This document shows, one piece after another, positions 27,097 to 36,753 of a stretch of DNA of 53,777 nt. The notes beneath the pieces were generated by a model. The model saw nothing but the letters and a program-made list of their open reading frames with translations. It ran no database searches and was not told where the DNA came from. Positions within the stretch are counted from its first letter, which is position 1, and each line of letters opens with the position of its first letter. Both the position numbers and the translations under genes were made by a program. Source of the stretch: a virus (Duplodnaviria > Caudoviricetes); the IMG/VR virus record IMGVR_UViG_3300036851_000252, positions 1 to 53,777 of that record, one strand, 5' to 3'.

Positions 27097-27633
27097 ATGG
27101 CTCAGAAGAGAATGCTTGATGTGTTTCAAAAGAACCAAGCGTATGAAGAATTCAATGACGACCACCTTTACTATATTGTGAAGGCTGCTGGTAATGTTGA
27201 AGTTCGAGCTTGTAAGCGAACCGATATTGATCGTGTGTTGGGAATGTACAAGTACATTCGCACAGTAATGTCATCGTTTACGCCCTTGACTGCTAAGTGG
27301 GCATGGCCAAAGAAATATCCTCTTGTTGCTGACATAACCGGTGGTGAGCTAACACATCTCTTTCCTCACAATGAATGGGAACGTACTTCTTATTCATTAG
27401 GCGGAACTGCTTGTGCTTTCATTTCAGAAATGTCTTTTGATGAGTTGAAAGATTGGTTCAATTTTCTATTTTGGGACACATCAACTGAGTACATGGTAAA
27501 GCATGGTTTACCAACACGAGAAGATTGCAAGGTTTGGGAACGTTTCATTTGGGATGAAAAGCATCTTTCAACTGAGCAGAAAGAGTATCTGATTGAGATG
27601 ATTTCTGAATATATGGATCCAATACCACTATGA
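27097..27633 (+). CDS. Hypothetical protein
   Basis: AAGGA RBS. Confidence 0.7.
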   Translation: MAQKRMLDVFQKNQAYEEFNDDHLYYIVKAAGNVEVRACKRTDIDRVLGMYKYIRTVMSSFTPLTAKWAWPKKYPLVADITGGELTHLFPHNEWERTSYSLGGTACAFISEMSFDELKDWFNFLFWDTSTEYMVKHGLPTREDCKVWERFIWDEKHLSTEQKEYLIEMISEYMDPIPL

Positions 27634-27890
27634 GCAGAGGATTTTCAAAACACTTTGCTAATCTGGCCAAACAGCCAGCTATTGTTCTGGAAACAGGTGC
27701 GCATCCTTCCAATGCAGTTGGAAAACACTGTGTTGCAGAGAAGATGGGATATGATTTTCATCACAATTTGTATTGGTCTGTTCGTACTAAACAAATGGAG
27801 CATCCACGCTCATGTGTGATGTGTGAGCACGAAAAGAAGAATTCACCAGAAGCACGATATGATCGCGCGATGTCAGTTATAGATGCGTAG
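27630..27890 (+). CDS. Hypothetical protein (C-terminal YDRAM tag)
   Basis: ATGA coupling; the stop codon lies inside tRNA-Trp. Confidence 0.7.
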   Translation: MSRGFSKHFANLAKQPAIVLETGAHPSNAVGKHCVAEKMGYDFHHNLYWSVRTKQMEHPRSCVMCEHEKKNSPEARYDRAMSVIDA

Positions 27891-27956
27891 CTCAATTGGA
27901 AGAGTCACGGTCTCCAAAACCGTTGGTTGGGGGTTCGAGTCCCTCCGCATCTGCCA
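27881..27956 (+). tRNA. tRNA-Trp(CCA)
   Basis: ACGGT-CTCCAAA-ACCGT, GCCA. Confidence 0.92.
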
Positions 27957-27967
27957 AAAGGAAAGAT

Positions 27968-28228
27968 ATGAACATTAGAGAAGCATTAGAAAAATATCAT
28001 GCCTATTATGATCCAATCACACTTCGTGCCAAGAGGAAGATTTGGCCAGACTGTGGGGATTACTTATATCTCATCACCAGAGATCTTGAATATCGTGGTA
28101 GTAAATACCTCAACGTTGCTAGATTTGAGGATACGCCTACAGTCGTAGACTGGTTAGAAGAGAACTACGAATTTGAGGAAATGGCTCGAGATTCAATGAT
28201 TCCTATTCTTAAGTTGAGGAATACATGA
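27968..28228 (+). CDS. Hypothetical protein
   Basis: AAGGA RBS. Confidence 0.65.
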   Translation: MNIREALEKYHAYYDPITLRAKRKIWPDCGDYLYLITRDLEYRGSKYLNVARFEDTPTVVDWLEENYEFEEMARDSMIPILKLRNT

Positions 28229-28485
28229 ACATTGAAGAAGCATTTAAACCACAGATTGCAGCACAGGACCAAAGAATGCGTCCATGGGTGCACAATCCGG
28301 ATGCATTTGAGGTAACAAGAATCTACCTCATGCTTCGTTATGAAATTGATGGTAGACCAACGTGCGATGTTGTATATGAACACAACACACCAGAAGGTTA
28401 TCAGAGATTGAAGGATAACTTTGAATTCATAACTGTAATCGATCTACTTCCAGTATTCAGACGAAAGATTTGCCCCATCAGCTGA
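28225..28485 (+). CDS. Hypothetical protein
   Basis: GAGGA RBS, ATGA coupling. Confidence 0.65.
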   Translation: MNIEEAFKPQIAAQDQRMRPWVHNPDAFEVTRIYLMLRYEIDGRPTCDVVYEHNTPEGYQRLKDNFEFITVIDLLPVFRRKICPIS

Positions 28486-28548
28486 CGGGTACAGCGGCCT
28501 GCCTCCAAAGCAAGCGCTCAGGGAGTTCAATTCTCTCGTGGGGTGCCA
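28472..28548 (+). tRNA. tRNA-Trp(CCA), second divergent copy
   Basis: CCTGC-CTCCAAA-GCAAG (C.A mismatch), C8, GCCA. Confidence 0.78.
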
Positions 28549-28736
28549 AATTTAATGGAGATTTACATGAAAACACTATATGATTCTATTGAGAACAAGG
28601 ATGCCTTCGTTGAGGTCATATATAATGCTGTAGCCAATCAACTTAGCAAGATGACCAATGAAGAGATTTACCAATTGACACAAGATTGGAAAAACAATCA
28701 TCCAGCTGAAAGTGAACTCGAATAAAGAGGTATTAC

Positions 28737-29006
28737 ATGTCCGACGAAGATGACAAGAAAATCGTAATCAAATTTGCTCCAGGTGCTCTTGAAGCTCTGG
28801 AAGAGAATATGGATCCGCAAGAACTTCAAGAGTTCCTCAACACGTTGAAAGCCAAAGTTGAAGACGGTTCAATCTTTGAAGAATCAACTGAAGTGGATTG
28901 GGAAGAACTGGAGGAAGAAGATCCAGAGACATACGAACGTCTTACACAGTCGTTGGACGAAGTCGCTGATGAAACAGATGCACAGCGCAAGAAAAAGCTT
29001 AACTAA
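28737..29006 (+). CDS. Acidic hypothetical protein
   Basis: GAGG RBS. Confidence 0.7.
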   Translation: MSDEDDKKIVIKFAPGALEALEENMDPQELQEFLNTLKAKVEDGSIFEESTEVDWEELEEEDPETYERLTQSLDEVADETDAQRKKKLN

Positions 29007-29099
29007 GCTCCCATGGTGTAACGGTTAGCACACTGCGCTTATATCGCAGCTTTGCCTCCAGATTAGAGGACAGTGTCGGTTCGAATCCGGCTGGGAGTA
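29007..29099 (+). tRNA. tRNA-Ile(TAT) with long variable arm
   Basis: CTGCG-CTTATAT-CGCAG, about 25-nt V region, canonical D and T arms, CCA not encoded. Confidence 0.82.
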
Positions 29100-29110
29100 C
29101 AAAGGAATGT

Positions 29111-29365
29111 ATGAAAAAGTTTAACGTAGTCCCTTCAACGACATTAGAACTTGAGTCTGTCACATGTGACCGTTGTAAACGCGTGGATACGGACATATAT
29201 GATATACAGGAATATTTTAACCTCAATCAAGATGTTGGATATGCTGGCATACTTGGTGATGGAAACAAAATTCGTTTAGATTTATGTCAATATTGCTTCA
29301 AAGAAATCTTTGAAGGAGTATACCGAATCGAAGGTAATTACATTTGGAGGAGTTCAAATGAGTGA
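29111..29365 (+). CDS. Zn-finger hypothetical protein
   Basis: CDRC...DLCQYC. Confidence 0.7.
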   Translation: MKKFNVVPSTTLELESVTCDRCKRVDTDIYDIQEYFNLNQDVGYAGILGDGNKIRLDLCQYCFKEIFEGVYRIEGNYIWRSSNE

Positions 29366-29777
29366 ACCAAAACAAGTTATCGTGATGCGCAAAGATCTGA
29401 ACATGCGTAAAGGCAAGATGGTTGCCCAAGGTGCACATGCTTCAATGAAAGTGTTGTTAGATCTAATGTATGAGATGAAGTCATCTGATATGTTAAACCA
29501 AGGGCCTGCTGTATCTCGAACATTTGCAACATTGCAAGATAGTCCGGTAAACCATTGGTTAACAGGTCGTTTCACCAAAATTTGTGTGTCTGTCGATAGT
29601 GAAGTACAATTACTAGAGATAGTTGGCAAAGCTAAAGATGCTGGCCTATTGCACGCATTGATTACCGATGCTGGTCTAACAGAATTCGATGGTGTACCAA
29701 CTAGAACGTGTGCTGCTATTGGTCCTGCTGATCCAGAAGACATCGATAAGATCACTGGTCATTTGAAATTATTGTAA
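29358..29777 (+). CDS. pth2: Peptidyl-tRNA hydrolase, PTH2 family
   Basis: KQVIVMRKDLNMRKGKMVAQGAHA, DAGLTE, IGP...IDKITGHLKLL. Confidence 0.95.
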   Translation: MSEPKQVIVMRKDLNMRKGKMVAQGAHASMKVLLDLMYEMKSSDMLNQGPAVSRTFATLQDSPVNHWLTGRFTKICVSVDSEVQLLEIVGKAKDAGLLHALITDAGLTEFDGVPTRTCAAIGPADPEDIDKITGHLKLL

Positions 29778-29815
29778 TAGTTGATCTCAGAGGTCAACTA
29801 TCGTCCATAAAATAT

Positions 29816-29892
29816 GCCTCTATAGCTCAGTGGACTAGAGCGGACGGTTTCTACCCGTCGGGTCGGGAGTTCGAATCTCTCTAGGGGTGCCA
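29816..29892 (+). tRNA. tRNA-Arg(TCT)
   Basis: GACGG-TTTCTAC-CCGTC, CCA. Confidence 0.93.
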
Positions 29893-30101
29893 ATTACCCT
29901 TGATCCATTAATGGATTAAGGTATGCTAACTGAATGAGATTAGTTGCCCGTATTCCTCAATGGTTAAGACAGCTAGTCAATAGTCCAGTGGTACCTTGCC
30001 TGTAAGGGTGCAGTATCCAATCTGCTTAATTGTTAGACGACTGAACGGTGTCGGCGAACCTGGCAAGTGAGTGGAAAGCTCACATGAATTGAAGGAACAG
30101 G

Positions 30102-30380
30102 ATGAAGAAGTTTATTCACGTAAACCAGCAAGTGATTCGCCATAATAATAAGTATGGTAACTCGTTGCCTGCCTGTAGAGTGCAACAAGGTACGAAAGTA
30201 CGATATTGTTCAGAAGTTATCATCAACGGCACAAGCCAGATGGTGTACCGACCTGAAACTCCACTGCCATGTGGGGCTAAGCTCTGGATTGAAACAGAAG
30301 CTGATATTGTGCTGGTGAAAGAAGTTCCGTATAAACGAATTGCTGGTCGAATGAAGAAACTGGTAAAGGATAGCAAATGA
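30102..30380 (+). CDS. Conserved phage hypothetical protein
   Basis: IHVNQQVIRHN...PLPCGAKLWIET. Confidence 0.75.
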   Translation: MKKFIHVNQQVIRHNNKYGNSLPACRVQQGTKVRYCSEVIINGTSQMVYRPETPLPCGAKLWIETEADIVLVKEVPYKRIAGRMKKLVKDSK

Positions 30381-30634
30381 CACTTTCAAAGAAAGAGAAG
30401 CTTGTTCTTGTAGAGTTCTTAGAAGAACTCAGCTTGTATCAAGGTAACCAAGTTTGCAATGACTGGAACTTTCCTGATGACTGGTCAAGAGAAGAACAAA
30501 TTAAGCTCGTGAAGGAATTTCACGACTACAATGGCGATCCACAAGAGTTCAACGAAAAGTACTTGAACATACACGACTATGCAGTAGTTGGGTTGCTGGC
30601 TCACAAATTACGTGAAGAAATAGAAAAGGAATAA
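30377..30634 (+). CDS. Hypothetical protein
   Basis: ATGA coupling. Confidence 0.7.
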   Translation: MTLSKKEKLVLVEFLEELSLYQGNQVCNDWNFPDDWSREEQIKLVKEFHDYNGDPQEFNEKYLNIHDYAVVGLLAHKLREEIEKE

Positions 30635-30638
30635 CAAT

Positions 30639-31085
30639 ATGACATTACTCGACACAATTAAGGCTGCACAGTTGCAGGCCCGTAAAGTTCGCAATCCAGT
30701 TGCAACAGCATTGCTCACAACTTTGATCGGCGAAGCAGTTAATGTCGGTAAAAGTAACGGCAATCGCGACACAACCGACAGTGAAGTGATGGCTGTCATC
30801 AAGAAGTTCATCGCAAACGCAACAGAGACGATGGCAGCCGTTAAGGACCTGCCTCAAGAAGTTACCAAAGCTATGACTGAAATTGCTATTCTGCAGTCAT
30901 TCCTTCCACAACAGTTGTCTGCTATGGATCTTGAAGCCGCAATTGATGCATCGATTGTACTCAACAGCGCGGTTTCAATCAAAGATATGGGCAAAGTCAT
31001 GAAGTCTCTGAAAGAGAAGTATGATGGTCAGTTCGATGGTGGCGCCGCTTCTGCAATCATCAAGAAGAAGCTTGGAGTTCAGTGA
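30639..31085 (+). CDS. GatB/YqeY-domain protein
   Basis: EIAILQSFLPQQLS, KDMGKVM, FDGG. Confidence 0.92.
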   Translation: MTLLDTIKAAQLQARKVRNPVATALLTTLIGEAVNVGKSNGNRDTTDSEVMAVIKKFIANATETMAAVKDLPQEVTKAMTEIAILQSFLPQQLSAMDLEAAIDASIVLNSAVSIKDMGKVMKSLKEKYDGQFDGGAASAIIKKKLGVQ

Positions 31086-31414
31086 TGTCTGACGATGCAC
31101 CATTAGTTGTCACAACACCTGCAGATAGTTTGATACAGGTGTTGCCTGCGCCAGAACATGGCCGCCGCATGGAAACAGGTCCATTACAATTTGGTGATGA
31201 TTGGCCTGGTGTTTTCCTGCGTGGAGATCACGCATTGCCAGCCGCGTTCTATTTGAGTATGTTCCTTGAAGCACATCCCCCTAAGGAAGGTGACGATCCT
31301 ATCACCCGACACTATGTGGAGTCGCTGTTGAAAGATTTGATTAGCTGTGATGCGACAGGTGTCACAACTGATTTCGTGACTAAGGCTAAACCAGCAGGAA
31401 ATGGTGGATGGTAA
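31082..31414 (+). CDS. Hypothetical protein
   Basis: RMETGPLQFGDDWPGVFLRGD. Confidence 0.7.
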   Translation: MMSDDAPLVVTTPADSLIQVLPAPEHGRRMETGPLQFGDDWPGVFLRGDHALPAAFYLSMFLEAHPPKEGDDPITRHYVESLLKDLISCDATGVTTDFVTKAKPAGNGGW

Positions 31415-31415
31415 C

Positions 31416-31676
31416 ATGAAAATTGAAGAACTAAAAGCTATTAACAAGCTCGTCGAAGAACTTCGGGCATACCGACATGTCGGTGCATTAATGAAAGCAG
31501 GAACATTCATCACAATGTCATATTGGTTTGAACCAACTGGAAAAACAGTCAAGGAAGGCGGCGGTCAGACACACATAACATTGAATGCTGTTGATGCTGG
31601 TCAGATGAAGTTCATGTTTGAATCGCGTGTTGATGCTACGCTTGCAAAATTGAAGCAGTACGGAATTGAAGAATAG
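31416..31676 (+). CDS. Hypothetical protein
   Basis: Operon packing. Confidence 0.6.
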   Translation: MKIEELKAINKLVEELRAYRHVGALMKAGTFITMSYWFEPTGKTVKEGGGQTHITLNAVDAGQMKFMFESRVDATLAKLKQYGIEE

Positions 31677-32115
31677 TTGTAAGTTCTGTGATAGAACAAT
31701 TTTGAATAAGGGATCTCAGAAAGCTCACCAAATGAGCTGTAAGAAGAATCCTCGTAGAGTCAAACATTACCACAGTCCAGATAGTGGTGCACAGGAGGGA
31801 TGTGAGTCTTGGAGTAAAGGGAAGAAAGTAGGCACACATCCCAAATGGAAGAAGCTATTTCCGTTGGATAAGGTGTTAGTAGCGAACAGTACATATTCTC
31901 GGGTTTGTATTAGACGCAGAATCTTAGAAGAAAAACTGATTTCATACGAGTGTAAATTGTGTGGTCTGGGACCAAGTTGGCATGGAAAAACAATGCCGTT
32001 GATTTTGGATCATGAAAATGGTATAAATAACGACAATAGATTAGAGAATTTGAGATTTGTCTGTAGTAATTGTGATTCAACATTACCAACTTACAAGTCT
32101 CGAAATCGCAAATAG
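31666..32115 (+). CDS. HNH endonuclease (free-standing, next to a tRNA)
   Basis: CKLCG...LDHENGINNDNRLENLRFVCSNC. Confidence 0.88.
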   Translation: MKNSCKFCDRTILNKGSQKAHQMSCKKNPRRVKHYHSPDSGAQEGCESWSKGKKVGTHPKWKKLFPLDKVLVANSTYSRVCIRRRILEEKLISYECKLCGLGPSWHGKTMPLILDHENGINNDNRLENLRFVCSNCDSTLPTYKSRNRK

Positions 32116-32120
32116 ACTAT

Positions 32121-32210
32121 GGAAGCGTACTCAAGTGGTTTACGAGACTGGTCTTGAAAACCAGCGGCCCCTCACGGGGCCCGTGAGTTCGAATCTCACC
32201 GCTTCCGCCA
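32121..32210 (+). tRNA. tRNA-Ser(TGA)
   Basis: CTGGT-CTTGAAA-ACCAG, V arm, GCCA. Confidence 0.93.
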
Positions 32211-32759
32211 AATTTAAGCATATGATTAGCAATGGATTGTTAATCGCGTGAACAGAAGTCCGGGCTGAAATTATGGTATAGGCACTGGTGGAGTAACGGT
32301 GAGCATCGGTAACTCACTATGCTTAATTGATTTGTTGAGGCAGTAAGTATGAATGACAAGATCGCAAAACGTAGGATCAAACCATCTCGGGCAACAGTTC
32401 TGAAATTACTTGCAGAAGCTCATCGTTTGCTTGATCGTGCAGGTGAGTTACTACTAGATGCTCGTGCTAAGCACGAAGCAGAAGTTGAGCGCCGAAAGAA
32501 AGCTGAATCGGATGCTGCTGATTGAACTTCACAAATCGAAAGCAACTGGTCAGATAACGCCTGAACTTTCATCCTTACTGCTTGCAGAAACGAATCAGAT
32601 TGTGCGTGAGCTCAAAAGCAACGATCCGCCGTCCTCTGTTGCAAGAGCTATGGCCAATCTCCATCGTGGATTGTTGTATAGCTTTGATCCTCAGTTGATT
32701 GTCAATACCCAACAGGCTAAACTACTGGTTCGTACTATCGTAATGAACTGTGTGTAACC

Positions 32760-33380
32760 ATGTTGGCATATCCATCCATCCCACGTTGGCAAGAAGGTCG
32801 AGGTTTCGGCAAGCCTTGCATTGCCTTCTACAAATACGACGGATCGAATATTCGATTTGAATGGTCACCAAAGCGTATGTGGCATAAGTTTGGTTCCAGA
32901 ACTCAATTGCTCGACCGCAGCCATCCAATTCTTGGAGAGTCAGTTGACCTCTTCTTGGATGAGTATCGTGACATGTCAAAGATCATTCCTGAAGTGGTGT
33001 GTGAATACTACAAACAGAAAGTAGAGCGCATCGTTGCGTTTGCTGAGTTTTGGGGAGCAAATAGTTTTGCTGGAACCCACGAACCAACAGATCCTAAACT
33101 TCTAACACTGTTCGATGTGTCAGTGTACAAGAAGGGATTTCTTCCCGCACGAACATTCATGAAGCTGTTTCCTAAGAAAGAATACAACTGGGCTGCCCGA
33201 GTTGTTTATGAAGGAAATATGAATCAACCTTTTATTGACGCTGTTCGTCATGGACAATATGAGCTCGATGAGGGTGTCATTTGTAAGGGTCTAGATTGGT
33301 CAGCAAAGATCAAGACCTTTGATTACTTGAATAGGTTGAAGAATAAATATGGAGACGAGTGGGAAAAGTATGGAGAGTGA
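32760..33380 (+). CDS. Small RNA-ligase-like nucleotidyltransferase
   Basis: KYDGSN (motif I), FAEFWG, LFDV, EGVICK, KIKT. Confidence 0.8.
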   Translation: MLAYPSIPRWQEGRGFGKPCIAFYKYDGSNIRFEWSPKRMWHKFGSRTQLLDRSHPILGESVDLFLDEYRDMSKIIPEVVCEYYKQKVERIVAFAEFWGANSFAGTHEPTDPKLLTLFDVSVYKKGFLPARTFMKLFPKKEYNWAARVVYEGNMNQPFIDAVRHGQYELDEGVICKGLDWSAKIKTFDYLNRLKNKYGDEWEKYGE

Positions 33381-33581
33381 AATTCAATTCTGGACACCTA
33401 AAGAAGGTGAAGAGTTCACACTTCGTTTTGTAGATGTTCCTTCTCGGTGGAAAGCCAAGAATGGTCAGATGCAGTGTGGACTGTGTGGCAAATTCATGCG
33501 CAGAGAATCAGATTTTTGGGGCATCAGTTGGAGATGCATTGATATGTCCTTCGATGACTACTACGGAGCTTGGGAGCACCG

Positions 33582-33842
33582 ATGAACGCATTAGATGAAT
33601 TCGACAATAAGTATCCGATCACGGATATCCGTGAAGATGGTTCTGGCATGACAGTATGGACTGCACCAGGTATTGGCACACAGTATGATGTACGAGGACG
33701 TGTAATTGGTCGTATCATGTGTCCTTACATTCCAGTTAACATTGTACCTGTACCAAAAGGTCAGCAATGGTGGATACCAGCTGGTGTTCGAAGACAGGAA
33801 CAGATTTCTGATTACGATAGAGCGATGGAAATAGTTGAGTAA
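33582..33842 (+). CDS. Hypothetical protein (CPYIP motif, YDRAM tag)
   Basis: GGGAG RBS. Confidence 0.7.
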   Translation: MNALDEFDNKYPITDIREDGSGMTVWTAPGIGTQYDVRGRVIGRIMCPYIPVNIVPVPKGQQWWIPAGVRRQEQISDYDRAMEIVE

Positions 33843-33845
33843 AAT

Positions 33846-33933
33846 GGAAGGTTGCCGGAGAGGCTGAACGGCGCTGTCTCGAAAACAGATGGGTGTAAAA
33901 GCCACAAAGGTTCAAATCCTTTACCTTCCGCCA
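33846..33933 (+). tRNA. tRNA-Ser(CGA)
   Basis: CTGT-CTCGAAA-ACAG, V arm, GCCA. Confidence 0.9.
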
Positions 33934-33955
33934 CGATTGAATAAGAACAACGACA

Positions 33956-34117
33956 ATGGTAATGCAAGATGCGTTTGATGACTATCAAAGACTGTTAGAC
34001 GAAATAGCTGAAGAAATTCGCAAAGAGATCGACAAACAGATCATCGAAGAAATCATTGAGAATATGAAAAAGATCGATCACGATAATTACGACAGAGCAA
34101 TGAAAGGAATTTTATGA
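33956..34117 (+). CDS. 53-aa protein absent from the ORF track (YDRAM tag)
   Basis: MVMQDAFDDYQRLLDEIAEEIRKEIDKQIIEEIIENMKKIDHDNYDRAMKGIL*; ATGA overlap with thioredoxin. Confidence 0.7.
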   Translation: MVMQDAFDDYQRLLDEIAEEIRKEIDKQIIEEIIENMKKIDHDNYDRAMKGIL

Positions 34118-34578
34118 TCCATGTAACGGATGAGACGTTTGAACAGTTATCAGAGGTTGGGTTTGTAGTTGTAGATTTTTGGGCTCCATGGTGTGGCCCT
34201 TGCAAATCACTGATGCCAGTGCTTGAAAAAGTAAGCGCAGATCGCAACTTGACCGTCCTATCTGTCAACATCGATGAAGTTGAAGGTGTAACAAAACAGT
34301 TCGGTGTTAGAAACATCCCAACTCTCGTTGTACTTCAAGACGGAAAAGAAGTAGCTCGTAAGATGGGCTCTCAAACAGTTAAAGCCTTAAATGACTGGTT
34401 GGATACATTCCCATCACAGGCTGAACGTGAAGTTGCAACAGACTTAGAATTCTTACAGTACTTCTTTTCAGCAGCAGATTTTGGTCCAGCAGATGGTGAT
34501 GTTCGTCTGATCATTGAAGAACAATTCACTATCGATACTGGTAAAGAAGTCCCAGCTGGTTACAAAACTGAGTCTTAA
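34114..34578 (+). CDS. trxA: Thioredoxin with C-terminal extension
   Basis: VVDFWAPWCGPCK, IPTL. Confidence 0.93.
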   Translation: MIHVTDETFEQLSEVGFVVVDFWAPWCGPCKSLMPVLEKVSADRNLTVLSVNIDEVEGVTKQFGVRNIPTLVVLQDGKEVARKMGSQTVKALNDWLDTFPSQAEREVATDLEFLQYFFSAADFGPADGDVRLIIEEQFTIDTGKEVPAGYKTES

Positions 34579-34906
34579 TTCGCACATACATATAGACTGA
34601 ACTAGTCTAGGAGAATTTAATGGCCAAAGCCAAAAAAGCAAAGAAATCAAAGAATACAACTGTTGCACCAACAGTTATCACTTGTTCAAATTGTAAGGCC
34701 ATGGTAAACGTTGCAGTAGATGCAGTCGCCGAGGCAGGCGATACTGGGCATACAAAATGGAAGCTTGTCCGCCGCCGCGGAAGATTGAAACTGATTGCTG
34801 TTGCAGAATAATCTACTCGACACATGGATGTCGTCGTAGTGCAGGTGTAAAGCCTGTCGTGTGTCGCATCTTATGGGTGCGTTAAGTCCGAGCGGTTTCG
34901 GCTATT

Positions 34907-34991
34907 CGGGATGTGGTGGAATTGGCAGACACACTTGCCTTAGGAGCAAGCGCCTAACAGCGTAGGGGTTCGAGTCCCCTTTTCCCGACCA
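34907..34991 (+). tRNA. tRNA-Leu(TAG)
   Basis: CTTGC-CTTAGGA-GCAAG, V arm, CCA. Confidence 0.88.
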
Positions 34992-35136
34992 ATGTTGACT
35001 TTAACCCCAAATGTAGGAGAATGAATGGACTTCATAGCTGGATTTGCTTTTGGTATTCTGACAACACTAGCTGTGGTTGGTTTCTTGATTTATCGAGTAG
35101 CCAAATTTGTTCTTAACTATCTTGGGGAAGAGTAGT

Positions 35137-35355
35137 ATGCCAATTAAAGCCCAATCAGTATCGTGGACATTCACACCTGATGAAGTGAAAGAAATTCTGA
35201 AGGAACACTTCTACAAGCAAGAACCTTCCACACGAGAGAGTCGTTTTGAAATTTCCTTCAACATCGGCACAAGCTACGATCATTTTGAGCGTGCTGGTTC
35301 TGCAAATCTGACCAACGTAACTGTGACAGTTCGTCATACTAATGGTCCAGGCTAA
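35137..35355 (+). CDS. Hypothetical protein
   Basis: Operon packing. Confidence 0.6.
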   Translation: MPIKAQSVSWTFTPDEVKEILKEHFYKQEPSTRESRFEISFNIGTSYDHFERAGSANLTNVTVTVRHTNGPG

Positions 35356-35675
35356 TGACCATTGTTTCCAACATTTTGTGGTACTGCAAACAAGCAGATG
35401 ATCACCATCCAGAACGTACACAGTATTCGGTTCTTGCCGCCGCTGTGTCTGAAATGGGCGAACTCGCCGAAGAAGTTGCTATCGAACAGGGTGACTTGTC
35501 CAAACAGACAGGCCCAGATGGAGTCATCGGTGAAGCTGTGGACGTCATTGCAGCGGTTGTTGATTTGATTTACCTCACAAATCCGAACATCACTGAGAAA
35601 GAGTTGTCCGAGATGGTGAACGCAAAATGCTGCAAGTGGATTCGAAAAATCCAAGAGAGAAAGAAACCCGAATAA
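35355..35675 (+). CDS. MazG-like NTP pyrophosphohydrolase
   Basis: SEMGELAEE...GEAVDV. Confidence 0.8.
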   Translation: MTIVSNILWYCKQADDHHPERTQYSVLAAAVSEMGELAEEVAIEQGDLSKQTGPDGVIGEAVDVIAAVVDLIYLTNPNITEKELSEMVNAKCCKWIRKIQERKKPE

Positions 35676-35730
35676 TTCATTAGGGTCTCAATCCCAGACC
35701 ATAAATAGTGTATCTTTACGAGGATACACT

Positions 35731-36753
35731 ATGACCATTAAGTTCAACGATACATGGCCGCTTAAGGCTTTACAGGAAGCCAGCGTTAAGCTGGATGCAC
35801 TTTTCGAAGCAGCATCTGAATCAGAGCGAGCACCTATCAAAGCACAGCAACAGTATGTTCGTGCACTTATTGAAACCAAAGGTCCAAGACAGAGACCAGA
35901 CAACACAGTCGTACACGTACGTAAGCTTGCTGGTCTAACAGAACGTTTCGACGACGATGAACACGATCGTTTTGCTGATCCAGATTCAGCTTTTGGCGCA
36001 TCTGGTCGCAAAGACATTGATCCTGACAAGATTGTCGCTGGTGCCGAAGACGGTGTTACAAAATTCCCAGGCGTTCGTCCACCACATGTGGGCAGCGGTA
36101 AAGGTCCAGCACCAAAGCCAGCTATGTCCCGTCGACAAGCTGCAAAGAACATCGATCCAGAAATTGCTCGCCAGTTAGCGGGCGAAGACGGTGACGATGC
36201 AGATGATGAAGCTCTAGCAGCTCAGACAGCAGCTCCAGCAGGTGATGCAGGTTCTGTTGCAGATGCTCCACTTGACGGTGCAGCTCCAGTATTAGATCCA
36301 TCAGCAGCAGCTGCAGCTCCAACCAATGCAATGGCACGTGGCGAGAAGGCAAAGAAGGCAGCTGAATATTTGATTCTTAACAAGGGTGCATCACGCGGCG
36401 AATTCATGAAGTTTGCAGCTCGCGAACTTGGAATGTCAGGCGCATACGCAAACACATTCTTCTATGCTCTCAAGAAGAGATTGACAGGTAAGACACCTCC
36501 TGAAGCAGCAGCAACAGCTGATGCTGCAGTTGCACCAGATGCTCCTCCAATGGAGACATGGACAGTTCGCAACGATAAGAACCTGGCTCTTGCAGACGGT
36601 TCTGGATACGATATTCCTGTATGGACACCATACGATCGTGAGAGTGCATTCGAACCAAAGATTTTTGAAAACGAAAGATATGCTCAGAAGGCTGTTGAAG
36701 CCATTCAGAAGTATGGCTTTCACAAGGTGAAGGTTATCAAGGAAACATTCTAA
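35731..36753 (+). CDS. Hypothetical late (putative internal virion) protein
   Basis: TAAATA at 35702, GAGGA RBS, VRKLAGLTE motif. Confidence 0.75.
   Translation: MTIKFNDTWPLKALQEASVKLDALFEAASESERAPIKAQQQYVRALIETKGPRQRPDNTVVHVRKLAGLTERFDDDEHDRFADPDSAFGASGRKDIDPDKIVAGAEDGVTKFPGVRPPHVGSGKGPAPKPAMSRRQAAKNIDPEIARQLAGEDGDDADDEALAAQTAAPAGDAGSVADAPLDGAAPVLDPSAAAAAPTNAMARGEKAKKAAEYLILNKGASRGEFMKFAARELGMSGAYANTFFYALKKRLTGKTPPEAAATADAAVAPDAPPMETWTVRNDKNLALADGSGYDIPVWTPYDRESAFEPKIFENERYAQKAVEAIQKYGFHKVKVIKETF

Noticed and set aside
29895-30090. Possible ncRNA after tRNA-Arg(TCT)
   Set aside because: Only scattered short hairpins; no enclosing structure I can support.
31666-32115. HNH gene as part of an intron
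   Set aside because: The flanking genes and tRNA are intact and no group I core is visible, so it is treated as free-standing.
32250-32268. RNase P RNA (GAAGTCCGGGC resembles the P4 region)
   Set aside because: The segment is far too short and the 3' P4 partner is missing.
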